DNA from: the human T2T-CHM13v2.0 reference genome, Homo sapiens
DNA: 64,000 nt
Strand: one strand, 5' to 3'
NCBI RefSeq assembly: GCF_009914755.1
Contig: NC_060947.1
Numbering within the stretch: the stretch's first letter is position 1; each line of letters begins with the position of its first letter. Position numbers and translations under genes: made by a program. Under the pieces are notes generated by a model. The model searched no databases, was not told the origin of the DNA, and saw nothing but the letters and a program-made list of their open reading frames with translations. This document shows, piece by piece, positions 27,630-41,289 of this stretch.

Positions 27630-27925
27630 TTGGTCAAAGGGCACAAACTTTCAGTTATAAGATGTCTGGGGATCTAATGTACATTATGGTTACTATAGTT
27701 AATAATACTTTACTGTTTACTTGAAATTTGCTACAAGACTGGATCTTAAGTGTCCTCATCCCCCCCCCCCAACACACACACAATAGTAACTATTTCTTGT
27801 GCTAGATGTATTAATTAATTTGATTGTGGTAATCATCTCACAATATAGTCATATAAAATCATCATGTTGTATACCTTGAATACATACAGTTTTTATTTCT
27901 CAATTATACTTCAATAAAGCTAGGT
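27630..27925 (+). mobile_element. L1MA 3'UTR fragment, the target of the THE1 insertion
   Basis: ggggatgttggt|caaagggcacaaactttcagttataagatg...caattatacttcaataaagct is continuous across the THE1. Confidence 0.85.
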
Positions 27926-27934
27926 AAGGAGGAG

Positions 27935-28965
27935 GCAGAGTATGTCCTCAAGAAGCTCACAATTGAGTAGGGGGAACAACATGAATTCAAATTGTCCCAC
28001 AAATAAATATAAGATTTGGTGTGTGCTCTGGAAGAGGAGTATAAATAGTGCCATTTACACTAACCTAGTTTGGGAGGTAAGGAGCGTCTTTCCTGAGTAT
28101 AACATTTGAGCTGAGACCTGAAAAGTGAGTAGGTATGAGGTCAAAAATTCAAAAGGATAGTGTCTCAATCAGAGAGACCAATATGTGCAATGGCTTTAAA
28201 AAACAGAAAATAAGCACTTTCATAAGCAAAACAAAACTAGGAGGGAGGTCAATGTGGAGATAAGAGAGTAAGTAGTTCACAGTATCTGGTATAAGGATGA
28301 TGAAATGGAAAGGGTCACACTATACAAGATCCTGTGGGATATCATTTTTTTTTTTTGAAATTTTTATTTTGAGATAAATGGTAAGGTACTGGAGCATTTT
28401 AAACAGAGTTCTGTCTGTCATCAAATTTATATTTTGAATTTTCACACAGCTAAGATGCATAGGAGAGAAGAAATGAATGAGGAGAGATTAGGTTTGGATG
28501 ACAGTATTATTTAACCCAATAACCTGCATAGTGTTACAAGTGAAAGGTGGGACTATTAGTCACTCTGAGGCAATGACATAAAGCATGTTTTCTCTAGGCA
28601 AATCAAGACTATGATCATCCTAATATAAGACTACTGTAACAGTCCAGGAAAGAGATGATGAGATTGTACAGGGGTATGCAGGATAAATCTAAAAATGAAA
28701 GCTGAACCAAGAAATATTTAGGAGCAAAAAAATCAACTGAACTTAGTGGTGGATGTCCAGCAGGGGTGAGGTGGGAAGGTTTTAAGAATGACCCCCAAGA
28801 TTTTGTTACTGGATAGCTAAGTGGTGCTACAAAACCTGAAGAAAGGAATATATCAGGGGAAGGTCATGCATTTCATAGCAGTAAAAGATCATGAGATTAT
28901 TTTTGAGACATCTAAGTGGAACTGTTGAGTAGGCAGTTAAATATGCAGTATGGAATACAGAGGAA
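27935..28965 (-). mobile_element. L2 fragments
   Basis: tcctcaagaagctcacaattgagtagggg...tttgagctgagacctgaa...gtccaggaaagagatgatg...gacatctaagtgga...gtaggcagtt. Confidence 0.65.
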
Positions 28966-29015
28966 CTTTTTTCATGCCTTAAAGTCTTCTCCTCTTTCAG
29001 TTCCATTTTTCTTAT

Positions 29016-29534
29016 TGTTGTCTTTGGGTCCCCTGAAAACAGGGCCTGGATGAGGACTTGGGTACAGATAGCTCATTTGGAAGCTGATCCCTAGGAAGCA
29101 AGAATGAAAAACCAAAAGAGTGAGACAGAGGGGGAGGAAATGCCAATCAAATGTATTATCATCAAGGTAATGCTTATGGACCATGGGGACTGTATTTTGA
29201 CAGAACTTTTGTATGTTCCTGAGAATCACAGAGAATTCCCCTTGCCCCCGGAAGGAATAGTGGTTAAAAATATATCCATGGGCTCCCATCTCCATTGGTT
29301 GAAGGTTGCTCACTCACTAAAACTTCAAGGGTGAGAAAGCTCACAAAATCTGTGGGCTCCTGGGATGTCAGAGAAGTCCCTTAGATAGAAAGTAGAAAAA
29401 TGGGAGCCATTCCCTTGACATGGGATGCTGTCAGCTAAAGGCAAGTCTGAACTCACACAGGGCTGTCCACTGCAGCTGCATCTGCAGTGCAGGAAAATGG
29501 CGTGTGACTCCAGGCACCAGGGGAATCTGTTACA
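29016..29534 (-). mobile_element. LTR33-like ERVL LTR
   Basis: gggtcccctgaaaacagggcct...gaggacttgggtacagatagctcatttggaagctgatccctaggaagca...ggaatctgttaca. Confidence 0.65.
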
Positions 29535-29683
29535 ATTGTGATGATAATCTTTTGGAAGCTTTTATTTTCTTTTACAGTGAAATCTGTCTTATCTATAGAT
29601 GATTACATAGAACGTACACATAAAGTGTGAAGAATAATTATAAAGCAACACTTTATGTAAATACAACCCCAATCAAGAAATAG

Positions 29684-30274
<591 letters not shown>

Positions 30275-30284
30275 TAACTCTGGC

Positions 30285-31262
30285 ATCCATATTTTTAGCC
30301 TAAACTTCTCTCCTGACTCATATGCTCAGTTACCTCAGTGGCCTTGCAAAACTAGATGTCTAAAATTGAACTCACAGTTCCCCTGAACCCTAAAATACTC
30401 CATAGTTTAGTAATTTCTACCACGGTCTACTCGGTTTATCAAGCCAAATGCCTGGGTGTTCTATTCGCGTTCTCTGTATCTCTCCATTTTATGTCCAATC
30501 AGTTACCAGGGCCTGTTGTTTCCACGTGCCAAGTATCACTTGAATCTGTCTACTTTGTCTCCATTCCCTTTATTACTTCTTTAGTTTAGGTCATTATTAT
30601 CTATCACCTGAACCACTGGAATAGCCTCCAAAGTTGCTCTTATCCAATCAGTTACCTATTCTTCAGCCAGAGTAATCCCTCTAAAACCCAAATATGCTCA
30701 TGTCACTAGTCTCTCTACAATGCTTCAGTGGCTTTCAATTACCCTTCAAATAAAATGTGTTTGATTTCTCTAACATGTCTTAAAATGCAGTTTGCGAACA
30801 TGCATGCATTTCCAGCATCATCTGGAATGTCCTCCCTGACACATCGCTCCTCACCCATTCCCAACCCCAACTCAGTGCTTCAGCCATACTGATATTTTTA
30901 AAACGTGCTAGGCTCCATTTTGCCTCCAACTGTTACTTGTTTCTCTTGCCTGGAACACTCTCCCCTACTTGTTTGCCTAGGTACACCTACTTATCCTTCA
31001 AGTCTCATCTTCAAATTTCCTTTTTTTTTTTTTTTTCCAGAATTTTTCCTCTGACATCGCTCTGTTGCAATACTCCAGACTGGGTGAGGTGATTCTTCCT
31101 GATTCTTCCCTAGTATTCTACATCCTAGTATTTGTCACGTACAGTTATTTAGTTTTCTTACTTTCTAGGAGTCTAGGAATCACGCTTATCTTGATCCATA
31201 TTGTATCCCTAGAATCTAACACACAGGAGGGCACACAGTAATCCTTAATAAATTATTTGTCA
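30285..31262 (+). mobile_element. L2 3' region
   Basis: atgtctaaaattgaactca...tcatgtcact...cttcagtggct...gcctggaacactct...tgtatccctagaatctaacaca...aataaattatttgt. Confidence 0.75.
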
Positions 31263-32082
31263 GATTAGTATATTGATAAATTAAGGATACAAATGAGTAA
31301 CCTACAGTTAAAGAAGGAACTGCACCAGTTAAGTCAAATAGTGTACTGGAAAATGGCTTCTTATCCCCCTGATGGTGACATCTCCTGCTGCCTGTAACTA
31401 TATAATTTAACTCTTCCTAACTAATTCATTATTTAAATGATAGTCAGTTGAAGTGGCATTATCATAGCTCTTTTCTGCTAATCTATGACGCTGCTTTGGG
31501 AGACCATTCTACCTTTGTACAAGTATGCCATTTCAAGTTTCAAAGAAAGCTGAGATGTGGTGTATAACATTTTAATCTCGAGAACTATGAGCAGTAATTA
31601 GATTTCCCATAATATCGAAATTATTACTTCTACTTAGGTATATTTAAGGGTACTTCAATATCTAAATATATGGGACTTATAGTCATGAGAATTTAGAAAA
31701 TCTAAGACCTAGTTATCCCCTTTCTTTGTATTTTTTGATGCTGAGATAGGAAAACGTTATCCAAAGTGAGAACAAATGTTTTAGGCTCGAGTCCTTTTAT
31801 ATAACTACTACTCATCATTTTTTCAAATGATAGTGGAACACTCTTAAGAGTTGTACCAGGTATTTCACATCTCTTTATTCTTTCCATGAGTGGCTTTATA
31901 AATGTCCATTCTATGCTAAGTAAGTGGTATTCTTTGTTCTGAGTAAGCATTAATAACACTGCTGATGATAAGAAATATTTTTTCCCCTGGAGGAAGCCTT
32001 AAGAAGATTAGGGAAACACATTAAACAATCTATATTCCCTTTATTAGCTACAAGGAATCTATTGACTAGTATTTATCTAAAA

Positions 32083-32307
32083 CAGGGGTCAGTGAACTAC
32101 GGCTTGTGGGCCAAATCCAACCAACTGCCTGTTCTTGCAAACACACTTTTATTGGAACACAGCCACACTTATGCATTTACAAACTGCCTATGGCTGCTTT
32201 GCACCTCATTAGCAGAGTTGAGTAACTTCAACAAAGATCTTCTGGCTTGTAAAACCCAAAATATTTACTATCTGGCTTTTTACAGAAAAAATTGGCAAAA
32301 CTTCGAC
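32083..32307 (+). mobile_element. MER58A hAT-Charlie element
   Basis: caggggtcagtgaactacggcttgtgggccaaatcc...ttttattggaacacagccac...aatatttactatctggc...tttacagaaaaa. Confidence 0.85.
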
Positions 32308-34061
32308 CAAAACCTTCTTGAAGTGACTTACATTACTAACCTATACCTCCCGCTGAAACAGTAAATTATATAAACCAATAATTGACTTTATAAATATGGA
32401 TTTTTTATTTGCCTCAAATCGTGTCTTCCAAGATTCAAATGGCATCCCCTAATTGCAATGTATTATGATTTGGTGAATAAATTCTTGTTCTCACTACTGT
32501 AGTTAGAAGAAAAATGGACTAGGAATACGAAGAGAAAAGATTCTGTCCTGATTCTCCTCTTATTCAGTTTCCTCAACTGCGGGAATTTATAATCTTCATT
32601 CTTAAGGGAAATTTTAGATAATATATACATGTAAACAATTTTATTATTTTTTGATCAGATGGATTTCAATATTTTGTTTTCTTCACTCTAGGGTTCACTA
32701 ACTACAGTCATAACTTGTTTCAGTTGATATTCATGTGACAGTCTGATCAAATGTATCATTTGTTCAGTTATTCTGCTACCTCCAATTTATTCCTTGAGTG
32801 TGCATCCCTTGGTATGGCTTATTGCTGACCTCATTATTTCTGCCCACGCAGGTCTATCCACTCATTCATCTCAATCCACTTGCATCCATGGCCTTGCTCA
32901 CACTGGGTTTTACTATAATGCTTCAGATTTATCCAGATGAGAAAAATAAATTCCAGCCAAGAAGCATGCTTAAGTGGGACACTGGCTAGAGGAAAGGTCA
33001 ACAATATCCATTATGATAAGTGGTAACACCTCTGTTAACTCCCTTTTTATTTTACAGAAATTTTATTATCATCTAGTCCAGTGACTTTTAGTATTTTTAA
33101 AGCATACAACCCTTTTTTCAAGTGAGCTCCTAAGAAGAAATCCGGTATGTGAAGCCTAAAAAGGGCGAGAGCAACAGACTGGTTGAAATTGCAGATGGGA
33201 GGCAAAGGGAAGTATGAACATATGTTGGAGGAAACTCTACCCTTTTGACGGCCGAAGGGGACGCTTTCCAGAAGAGGTGATGAACTCTATGTTTCTGGTT
33301 TGTGTGATTGATTGAAGTTCCAGCCCATATTCATTTCTACGATTTCATGCTGTAGGCAATTGGGTCCACTTATTCACCACAGCCACCGAACAAAGAAAAC
33401 ACTAGAAAATACTTTCAGAGAATCAGGTCTGAACACAAAAAAGAATTTTCCAAGAGAGTCGTGGTGCCCTTAAGATTAAATGAAGTGCTGTTTAAACATA
33501 TTTATTTAATTGATTTTGACTTGCAGCAGGGTGCTGGACTATGGTACCCTATAGATTTTCCAGATCTACTTTTTGTAATTCTGCTGCTGTACTGGCTTTT
33601 TGACCTTGAATTGACAGTTACAGATGTGGGAGAATAAATAAAGCTAAGTAGTAACACTGTGGGAGAATCAAGCCTATCATCTTAATGTCTTTTTCTCTCC
33701 TGATTGCCTTCTATTCTAGAGGAGCCAAAAAAAGAAAAGAAAAGAAAAGAAAAGAACGTATATATTTCTTCATATTGAAACCACTTCCGTAACTCTGAGG
33801 TTATAGTATTAAGCTTCAAAGGTACTACTACTTAAGGCCCAATTCCACCCACGGAGATTTAATAAAAGATTTAGATGTCATGCAAAACGGAAAAGAAAGG
33901 GGAAGAGAGAGTATTGTTGTTTAATTTCATTTGGAAAATATGTACAAAAGCATGCACAATATGGTAGAATTGGTCCTAGAGTATATGGAGTCTTCATTCA
34001 TAGACTGCATGACCAAGATTCAGTATGTTTAACATAAAGGTAAAAGACAGGCATGAACTTT

Positions 34062-34278
34062 ATAAAGACTCAGGTTCAAGGCCATGCTGTGCCCACTTAG
34101 TAGCTGGGTGTTTTTGGATAACCATTCTCTCTAGGCTTTCATTTCCTCTCATGGTGAAAAATAATAATAATGTAGTACCTATTTCATAAGGCTGCTGTAA
34201 GATTAAACAGAAAAATGCACAAAGAATACTTGGCAAAATGCCTGGTACAGAGCAAGGCATTAATGCGTGTTAGCCCTA
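34062..34278 (+). mobile_element. MIR SINE
   Basis: ggttcaaggcc...cacttagtagctgggtg...gtacctatttcataaggctgctgtaagattaaa...tgcctggtacagagcaaggcattaat. Confidence 0.8.
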
Positions 34279-35269
34279 AGATAAATATTAGGTATGTTCG
34301 GGTCAATGCAAAAGCTAGGGGGAATAATCGAAATGAAAGCAGGTATTATTTTTGAAAATGGCTATGATAGGCCTATATATTACTGGAATAGAACCAAACT
34401 GTGAGACCTTAGAGACCCTCCAGGAGAGTTAAACATGAAGTGACAATGTTGTTTTGCCTGATTTACATCAGACTTATGTTGTTAAAGCACCCCTTTTTTC
34501 AATATGAAGCATTTATTCACCCAGATAATGGATACAAATCCATGCATTCAAATGTTCCTTGGAGTCAGAGATCAAGATGGAAATCCCCAGAATCATAGAG
34601 ATTTGCGTCTGTAAACTGGCTTATTATATTCACATTCAAAGAGGTTGGAAGGGGCAGTGTCAGCTTTTTAACTAGAATCTTTTCATTACTTCTCCCTGTT
34701 GGGGTTGCAACACATGCTGTGAGTGACCTCCAGAGATTCCTCAAGCTGTATGCAGGCAGCAAATTGAATCTGAAAGCTTTATTAGACAAGTTTTTCTTGT
34801 CTTTCAGCTGGTGGGAGTGGATGTCAGTTGTATTGGAAAAAATAAAACTTCTTGTGAAACTGGGTCCTGACCTTGAAAAAAAAGCTCAAATCGAAGTGTA
34901 CAATTCAATCCTGAGTTATGTGCTTATTTGTTAAACAGTGTGCAGGTTCAAAGGAAAAGGGCATATTTTACCTTAAAGAAATAAGAATCAACAATAAAAA
35001 TAATAGGAGTTCTGTTTTGATCATGCTGAACTTAGTAAGCAAAAGTGCCTATCACCAAATCACATAGTTATGAAAAGTATGCTAATAATCGAAGAAACAA
35101 TTCCCATTCACTTCAGTATGACAAGAAAACTATTATAATCCATAATGAACATTATAGAACATTTATTTATATTGTGTATTCATACATTTCTTTGAGAATA
35201 AAGAAGAGTCCTGGGAAAATGAAGGGACATTGGAGATTGGCTAGTTTGTTTTATTTCAATATTGTCTCT

Positions 35270-35525
35270 CATATATACATATAAAATCTCTTATATATAT
35301 ATGAGTTTATATATAAATATATATGAGTTTATATATAAATATATATGAGTTTATATATATATATATGAGTTTATATATAAATATATATGAGTTTATATAT
35401 ATAGTTTCCTATATAAAAACTATATAGAGATATAGCTATCTGTATATATAACCATATATAGTGACATGTAATATATATATAAACTATATACAGTTATATG
35501 TCTATATAGCTATATATATATAGTG
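35270..35525. repeat. AT-rich minisatellite (~22 bp unit ATGAGTTTATATATAAATATAT x5) in (TA)n low-complexity DNA
   Basis: GAGTTT cores at 35303, 35325, 35347, 35367 and 35389. Confidence 0.9.
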
Positions 35526-36016
35526 ATGTAATTTAGTTCCTGGTTTTTAATATTGGAGAACAATTATGAGTTTTTTTGAAGGTGTGATAATTATTCCAGA
35601 AGTAGGAATTGAAAGTAGTATAATTTTGACTTTTTTTTTCCTATTGTAGGTTTATATTGCAATTTAAGTGGGTACTGGTATAGTTAGTGCTGCTAGCAAT
35701 TTTACCTAAATATTAGGATACCTAGATTGTTTGTCTAATGAACTCAGCATGGGCTGGCAAGCACTTTGGAAATAAGAGTAAAACATATTTTCATAAAAAT
35801 ACTGAAGATGAGAGAAGGAATAAACCTTATGAATTTTAAGAGGAAGGTAGCATGTAAAGCAGAGGTTCTCAAATTTGATTTCAAGACACAGTCAAGAATG
35901 AGGGTTTAAGGAGATAGGGGTTATATCTGGCCTGGAAGATTTGCATCAATGCCATAGAATATCCCTCTTTGATCAGCACTGTAATCTTAAAAAAATAGGG
36001 CTTACTACTGAGATTG

Positions 36017-36139
36017 TGAAGATATATATATATATCTGTCAGCTGTGTCTCAGCAGGGAACAAAGTTGAGATATATAAGAATGCTGAAGAGCACTGAAAT
36101 TAAACTCAGGAGATGTGGGGTTGGGTCCAGATTCTGCCA
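36017..36139 (+). repeat. Dispersed direct repeat, copy 1 (paralogous to 39207-39327)
   Basis: Aligned by eye: 7 substitutions and one 2-bp indel over ~121 bp. Confidence 0.95.
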
Positions 36140-38402
36140 CTAAACAGCTGGTCAAGCACGCGATCATTTAATCTTCTTGGTATTATTATTATTACATGGG
36201 AAGGTTGATGTATTTGATCTATCTGTAAAATATATGTTCACTTGACCAAAAAATATTAGTGCAATACCTACCATATGCTAGTCATTGAATTAAAGCTAGA
36301 CACACCTGGTATTTGGCATGTAAACGTAGGAAAAGGGTATATATAGACTTTATGATGTGACAGAGTCATGGGAAGACCAGTAATTATGGAACAGCATCCA
36401 ATTCTGAAGCCCACAACAGAAAAATAGTATGGAAAACACTTGGAAGGGTAGGAGGAGGGCCACAGAGACGTTAAAAATTTGAGAAACAGCTGTTTTGTTG
36501 CCAGACCATGGGGACTCATCTGATTTAAGATAGAAAAGAAAAGTGGGAAGGAGATTAAATAACAGACCTCAAAGAATGAACACTGTCGAAATGTACAGTA
36601 AGCATAAATGTACTTTTCCTATTCGAATAAAAATAATTTAGACAGTAACTGGAACTTAGGTTAGGTAGTTGAAAAACTGTCAAGTATAGCAGATTGGTAG
36701 AACTCCATCTGCTCTTCACTTTTTAAGAAGAGAGTTGGCAGTTACGCTTCTAAGATTGCTTCTAATAGAATGAGAGCCTTTCCTGAGATAGTGGAAAAGA
36801 AAGAATGACTGTTCAAATACTTTTCAGACCACAATCTTAAAATCGACAATTGAAGTACAAAACTGCTACAATTTCCTTTCGAAATCTTGTTTCTCTCTGA
36901 AGGTAAAGTTATATTCAATTTTAAAACTATTCAGTGAAGTTTTAGGAAATATTAGGAATACATGTTGAAGCCTTCCATTTTGAGCGGTAGGGTACTTACT
37001 CTCATAAATATGCCTAAATAGTTCTGGTTTCTTGGTCAGAGTATGACAGTCAAGATTATGGTATACTCTGTAGTGATTTCAAGCAAAAGTCCTTTCTTGA
37101 AGAGTGTTAAATAGCATAAGAAGGTTAAAGTAAGTTTACTGTAATTAACATTTTATTTCTGTTAAAATGCAGGACATAGGTAATCAAAAAATCTCTAATC
37201 ATCAGAATTGATGTTAGCCTTCTCTTTTTCCTAGAAATGATGAACTAGAGTTTCTCTTCCTTCATCAGTTCAGACCCCAAAGCACAACCCTAACTGGAAA
37301 TGGTAACCATGCAATAAAACTACCAAAAGGTTAAGAGAGGGAGAAGAAAGGGAACTTCATCACAAAATGGATAATTAACATCTAAATGCTGAATACTAAA
37401 TACTAAACAGTAGAAGTTTCACATTCTATCACTGTCTTGGATGTTAACAATGATGCCACTGTAGTGCCTTTCCTGTTAACCAGTGAGCATTGTTGAAGGA
37501 CCTGGCCTGGGACCAGGGACCCCCTACTGCCTTCATGGAAAGACTTCCTTCTGATGAGTGTGAGAAGTGCTGGGGCCTCACCAGCCAGGGCTTTCTGTTG
37601 TCACTCCCCTTTCTACAGTGTGACACATCTCATTATATTTCAAGCACTCTTACCTCACTGATACATACAAATATGAATTTTTAAATTAATTAATTAATGT
37701 CAAGAGTTAAGGAGTCTCTCCAGCTGCTCCAAGGCCTTGCAGTATCTTGGGATAGGGTTTAAAATGGATTTATTTTGTTATTGGAACTGATTAAGGGTCT
37801 TCACATTTTTTGTACAAAAGCTTGCTCCTGACGTATTAGACTTTGAGGAAGTTTTCAAGGTTTAGAGCCTGTAACTATAAAACCGGCAATAGTATAGCCA
37901 TGTCGTAAGTGTTTTTAGCAGAGAAATCATCTGTTAATGAGGAAGAAAAAGATTTGGCCTCACGGAAATTTATTTGCCTAATCCTAAAGGTTCACCTGAA
38001 GCAGAATCAACAGTGGAAACATAACCACAACAGGAAAGGGTGTGGGTTATATACCCCTCCCCTGCCATGTTTCTATTAATGAGAAGGATCAGGACCCAAG
38101 AGAGGAATAAGAATGCAAGAACTAATTGCCATCCTCTTTTTCCTTTGCTGCAGATAAACGAAGGCCATTTTCACAAAAAAAATGATCACTGCAGATAAAT
38201 GTAGGGTATTGTCACAATAAATTAACCATTTTTTTTTTTTTTGCAATTTAAGCCAACAAAAGTAGTATGACAAGAGTACATTTAAGTGCCAAGTAACCTC
38301 ATGCTTTAACTGCCTAGATATTTAAAGTATTATTGAAATGGAAATGGAATGCTTTATTTAACTTTGTAGAGGTGAGTGAAGTTCAAATTAAAATGTATAA
38401 AT

Positions 38403-38792
38403 CACCATGGAATACTATGCAGCCATAAAAAATGATGAGTTCATGTCCTTTGTAGGGATATGGATGAAGCTGTAAACCATCATTCTCAGCAAACTATCGC
38501 AAGGACAAAAAACCAAACACCGCATATTCTCACTCACAGGTGGGAATTGAACAATGAGAACACATGGTCACAGGAAGGGGAACATCACACACTGGGGCCT
38601 GCTGTGGGGTGGGGGGAGGGGGGAGGGATAGCATTAGGAGATATACCTAATGTTCAATGACGAGTTAATGGGTGCAGCACACCAACATGGCACATGTATA
38701 TATATGTAACAGACCTGCACATTGTGCACATGTACCCTAAAACTTAAAGTATAATAAAAAAAAGTTAAGCAAAAATAAATAAATAAATAAAA
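38403..38792 (+). mobile_element. 5'-truncated young L1PA (about L1PA3/4) 3' end
   Basis: L1 ORF2 end and 3'UTR with G-rich tract and AATAAA tail; 19-bp TSD caaattaaaa(t/g)gtataaat at 38384-38402 and 38793-38811. Confidence 0.95.
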
Positions 38793-39206
38793 CAAATTAA
38801 AAGGTATAAATAACCTTATATGTGAGGATTTGATATTCAATTTAAATAGAGACTTCAAAAAATTCAAATGAAGATAACTAAATCACTGCTTGATACATGG
38901 TGCACTGATTAATAGCATAAGCTCTGGAATCATAGAGACTTATTTTTGAATACCCACTCTGTCACTGACTAGCTCTGTAACCTTGGACAAATTATTTAAC
39001 CTTTCTGACCCTTGGTTATCTCATCTATAAAATGGGAATTGCAACATAACTTACTCAAAAGGTATAACTGTGGCACTAATTCTAAGACTTGTATTAATTT
39101 AGGTTTGCTCAGAAGTAGACCCTGAGACAAGGATTTAAATACAAATAATTCAATTGGGAGCTGATCCCAGAAAGCCATGGTAGAAGAGAAGATAGAGCTG
39201 CAGAGC

Positions 39207-39327
39207 TGAAGATACATATATATCTGTCAGTTGTATCTCAGCAGGGAACAAAGTTGAGATATATGAGAATACTGAAGAGGACTGAAATCAAACTCAGGAG
39301 ATGTGGGGTTGGGTCCAGATTCTGCCA
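39207..39327 (+). repeat. Dispersed direct repeat, copy 2 (paralogous to 36017-36139)
   Basis: tgaagatacatatatatctgtcag...gggtccagattctgcca. Confidence 0.95.
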
Positions 39328-39487
39328 AAATGGGAAGAAAGCCTACACATCGGAAGGAAGCCTATACGAGGCATGCTAATAAGTATGCTTATCATTGTGG
39401 TCAACTGCCCAATTCACTGGAGATTTTTAGTGTGGAACATGCATTGGAGGTGTCCTACCCAAGGGGAGAAGAAGGTGGGATATTTAT

Positions 39488-39840
39488 TGATATGGTTTGG
39501 CTGTGTTCTCACCCAAATCTCATCTTGAATTGTAACTCCAATAATCCCCACGTGTTGTGGGAGGGACCATGTGGGAGGTAACTGAATCATGGGGGTGGGG
39601 TTTTCCTGTGCTGTTCTCCTGATAGTGAATAAGTCTCATGAGATCTGATGGTTTTATAAAGAGCAGTTTCCCTGCACATGCTCTCTTGCCTGCTGTCATG
39701 TAAGAAGTGCCTCTGCTCTTCCTTCGCCTTCTGCCATGATTGTGAGGCCTCTCCAGCCATGTGGAACTGTGAGTCCATTAAACTTCTTTTTCCTGTATAA
39801 ATTATCCAGTCTCGGGTATTTCTTCATAGCAGTATGAAAA
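39488..39840 (+). mobile_element. THE1 (D-like) solo LTR, 3' terminus damaged
   Basis: tgatatggtttggctgtg...cccaaatctcatcttgaattgta...gtctcgggtatttcttcatagcagtatgaaaa. Confidence 0.93.
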
Positions 39841-40056
39841 CTATGAAGACCAACACCTTTATCCCCCAGCTTTTGTCCATTGGTTAAGTGCTATTCCAGA
39901 GATAATCTCCTCCCCAGCTTCCAGCCTGCTCTGCAAGTGGGAGAGCTACTCCTACAGGCAGAGAAAGGACTCAGGAAGACTCACAGGTACTTGTAGTTAG
40001 ACGCTTCATGGTTTATAGGAAGGCTGAGTGCTAAGGGGAAATGGGTAGCCCACTAA

Positions 40057-40238
40057 GGGTCAAATCTATCTTACCTGCCTCGTTTCTGTAAATAAAGTGT
40101 CATTGGAGCACAGCCATGTCCCTTTATTTAGGTATTGTCTGTGGCTTTTAGTATACAATGACAGAGTTGACCACATGACCCATAAAGCAGAAAATATCTA
40201 GTATCGGTCCTTTGCAGAAACAGTCTGTTGATCCCTTA
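40057..40238 (+). mobile_element. MER58A fragment
   Basis: gggtcaaatc...gtaaataaagtgtcattggagcacagccatg...tttgcagaaacagtctgttgatccct. Confidence 0.7.
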
Positions 40239-40387
40239 TATAGTTGGTAGCACAACTGAGATATCAGAATTTAGGCTTCTTGACCTCCAATACTGTGCTT
40301 TCCTAATTACACTTGAGACTTGCTCTCTCCAAACTTAATTACAGGAAGAGATGATTTTACCAGTGTTTAATCAACTAGAAAACTCTG

Positions 40388-40745
<358 letters not shown>

Positions 40746-41289
40746 TTATTCATTCCATAGTTATTACCAAGAGACATTTGAATCAAATATCCTGATTTGG
40801 AGTCTTCACATTAAGCATGTCTATATGCAATTTCTTTCAAAAATGCTAAATCGGGTATTGTAGAACATTAATGTTCTCAGGCCCAGCAGCTTGTGGATAA
40901 GAAAGGATTCACATTGACATTTACAACCAGATTTGCTGGCTCTTTGCCTCCATCTGCCATGCAAGCCTTCAGACCCATGCAAAGTCCTGTCTACCTAAAT
41001 GATTGTGAAAGTCTCTAGAGGAACTTATGGCTTTTCTTCTCAGAGGTCTCATCCAGGAACACTGAACAGCTCTGCAGGGCAAATACTGCCTGGTTTAGTG
41101 TGCTGTCCATCTCCTTGAACTTCTAAGCTATAACATCCTCGGGGTGGGGAGATGGGGAGTAGAGGTGCTAAAATAAGATGGATTTCCCTTTAGCATTCAC
41201 AGCACTGGATCTCATTGGAATCCCACTCCTTGCTGCACACAGCAGAAGGGATGAATTTATTCTTCCCCACTCACTGTATGTCTGTGGTA

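Larger units (their letters stand above)
39090..40056 (-). mobile_element. LTR33-like ERVL LTR interrupted by the duplicated segment and a THE1 LTR
   Basis: aggtttgctcagaagtagaccctgagacaaggatttaaatacaaataattcaattgggagctgatcccagaa start; resumes after ~39850. Confidence 0.7.

Noticed and set aside
25713-27724. Cluster of short ORFs resembling an operon
   Set aside because: All fall within the THE1 element; the internal ORF is fragmented and LTR-derived ORFs recur in both LTRs.
35293-35410. Regularly spaced repeats resembling a CRISPR array
   Set aside because: There are no unique spacers; it is an AT-rich tandem repeat in mammalian DNA with no cas genes.
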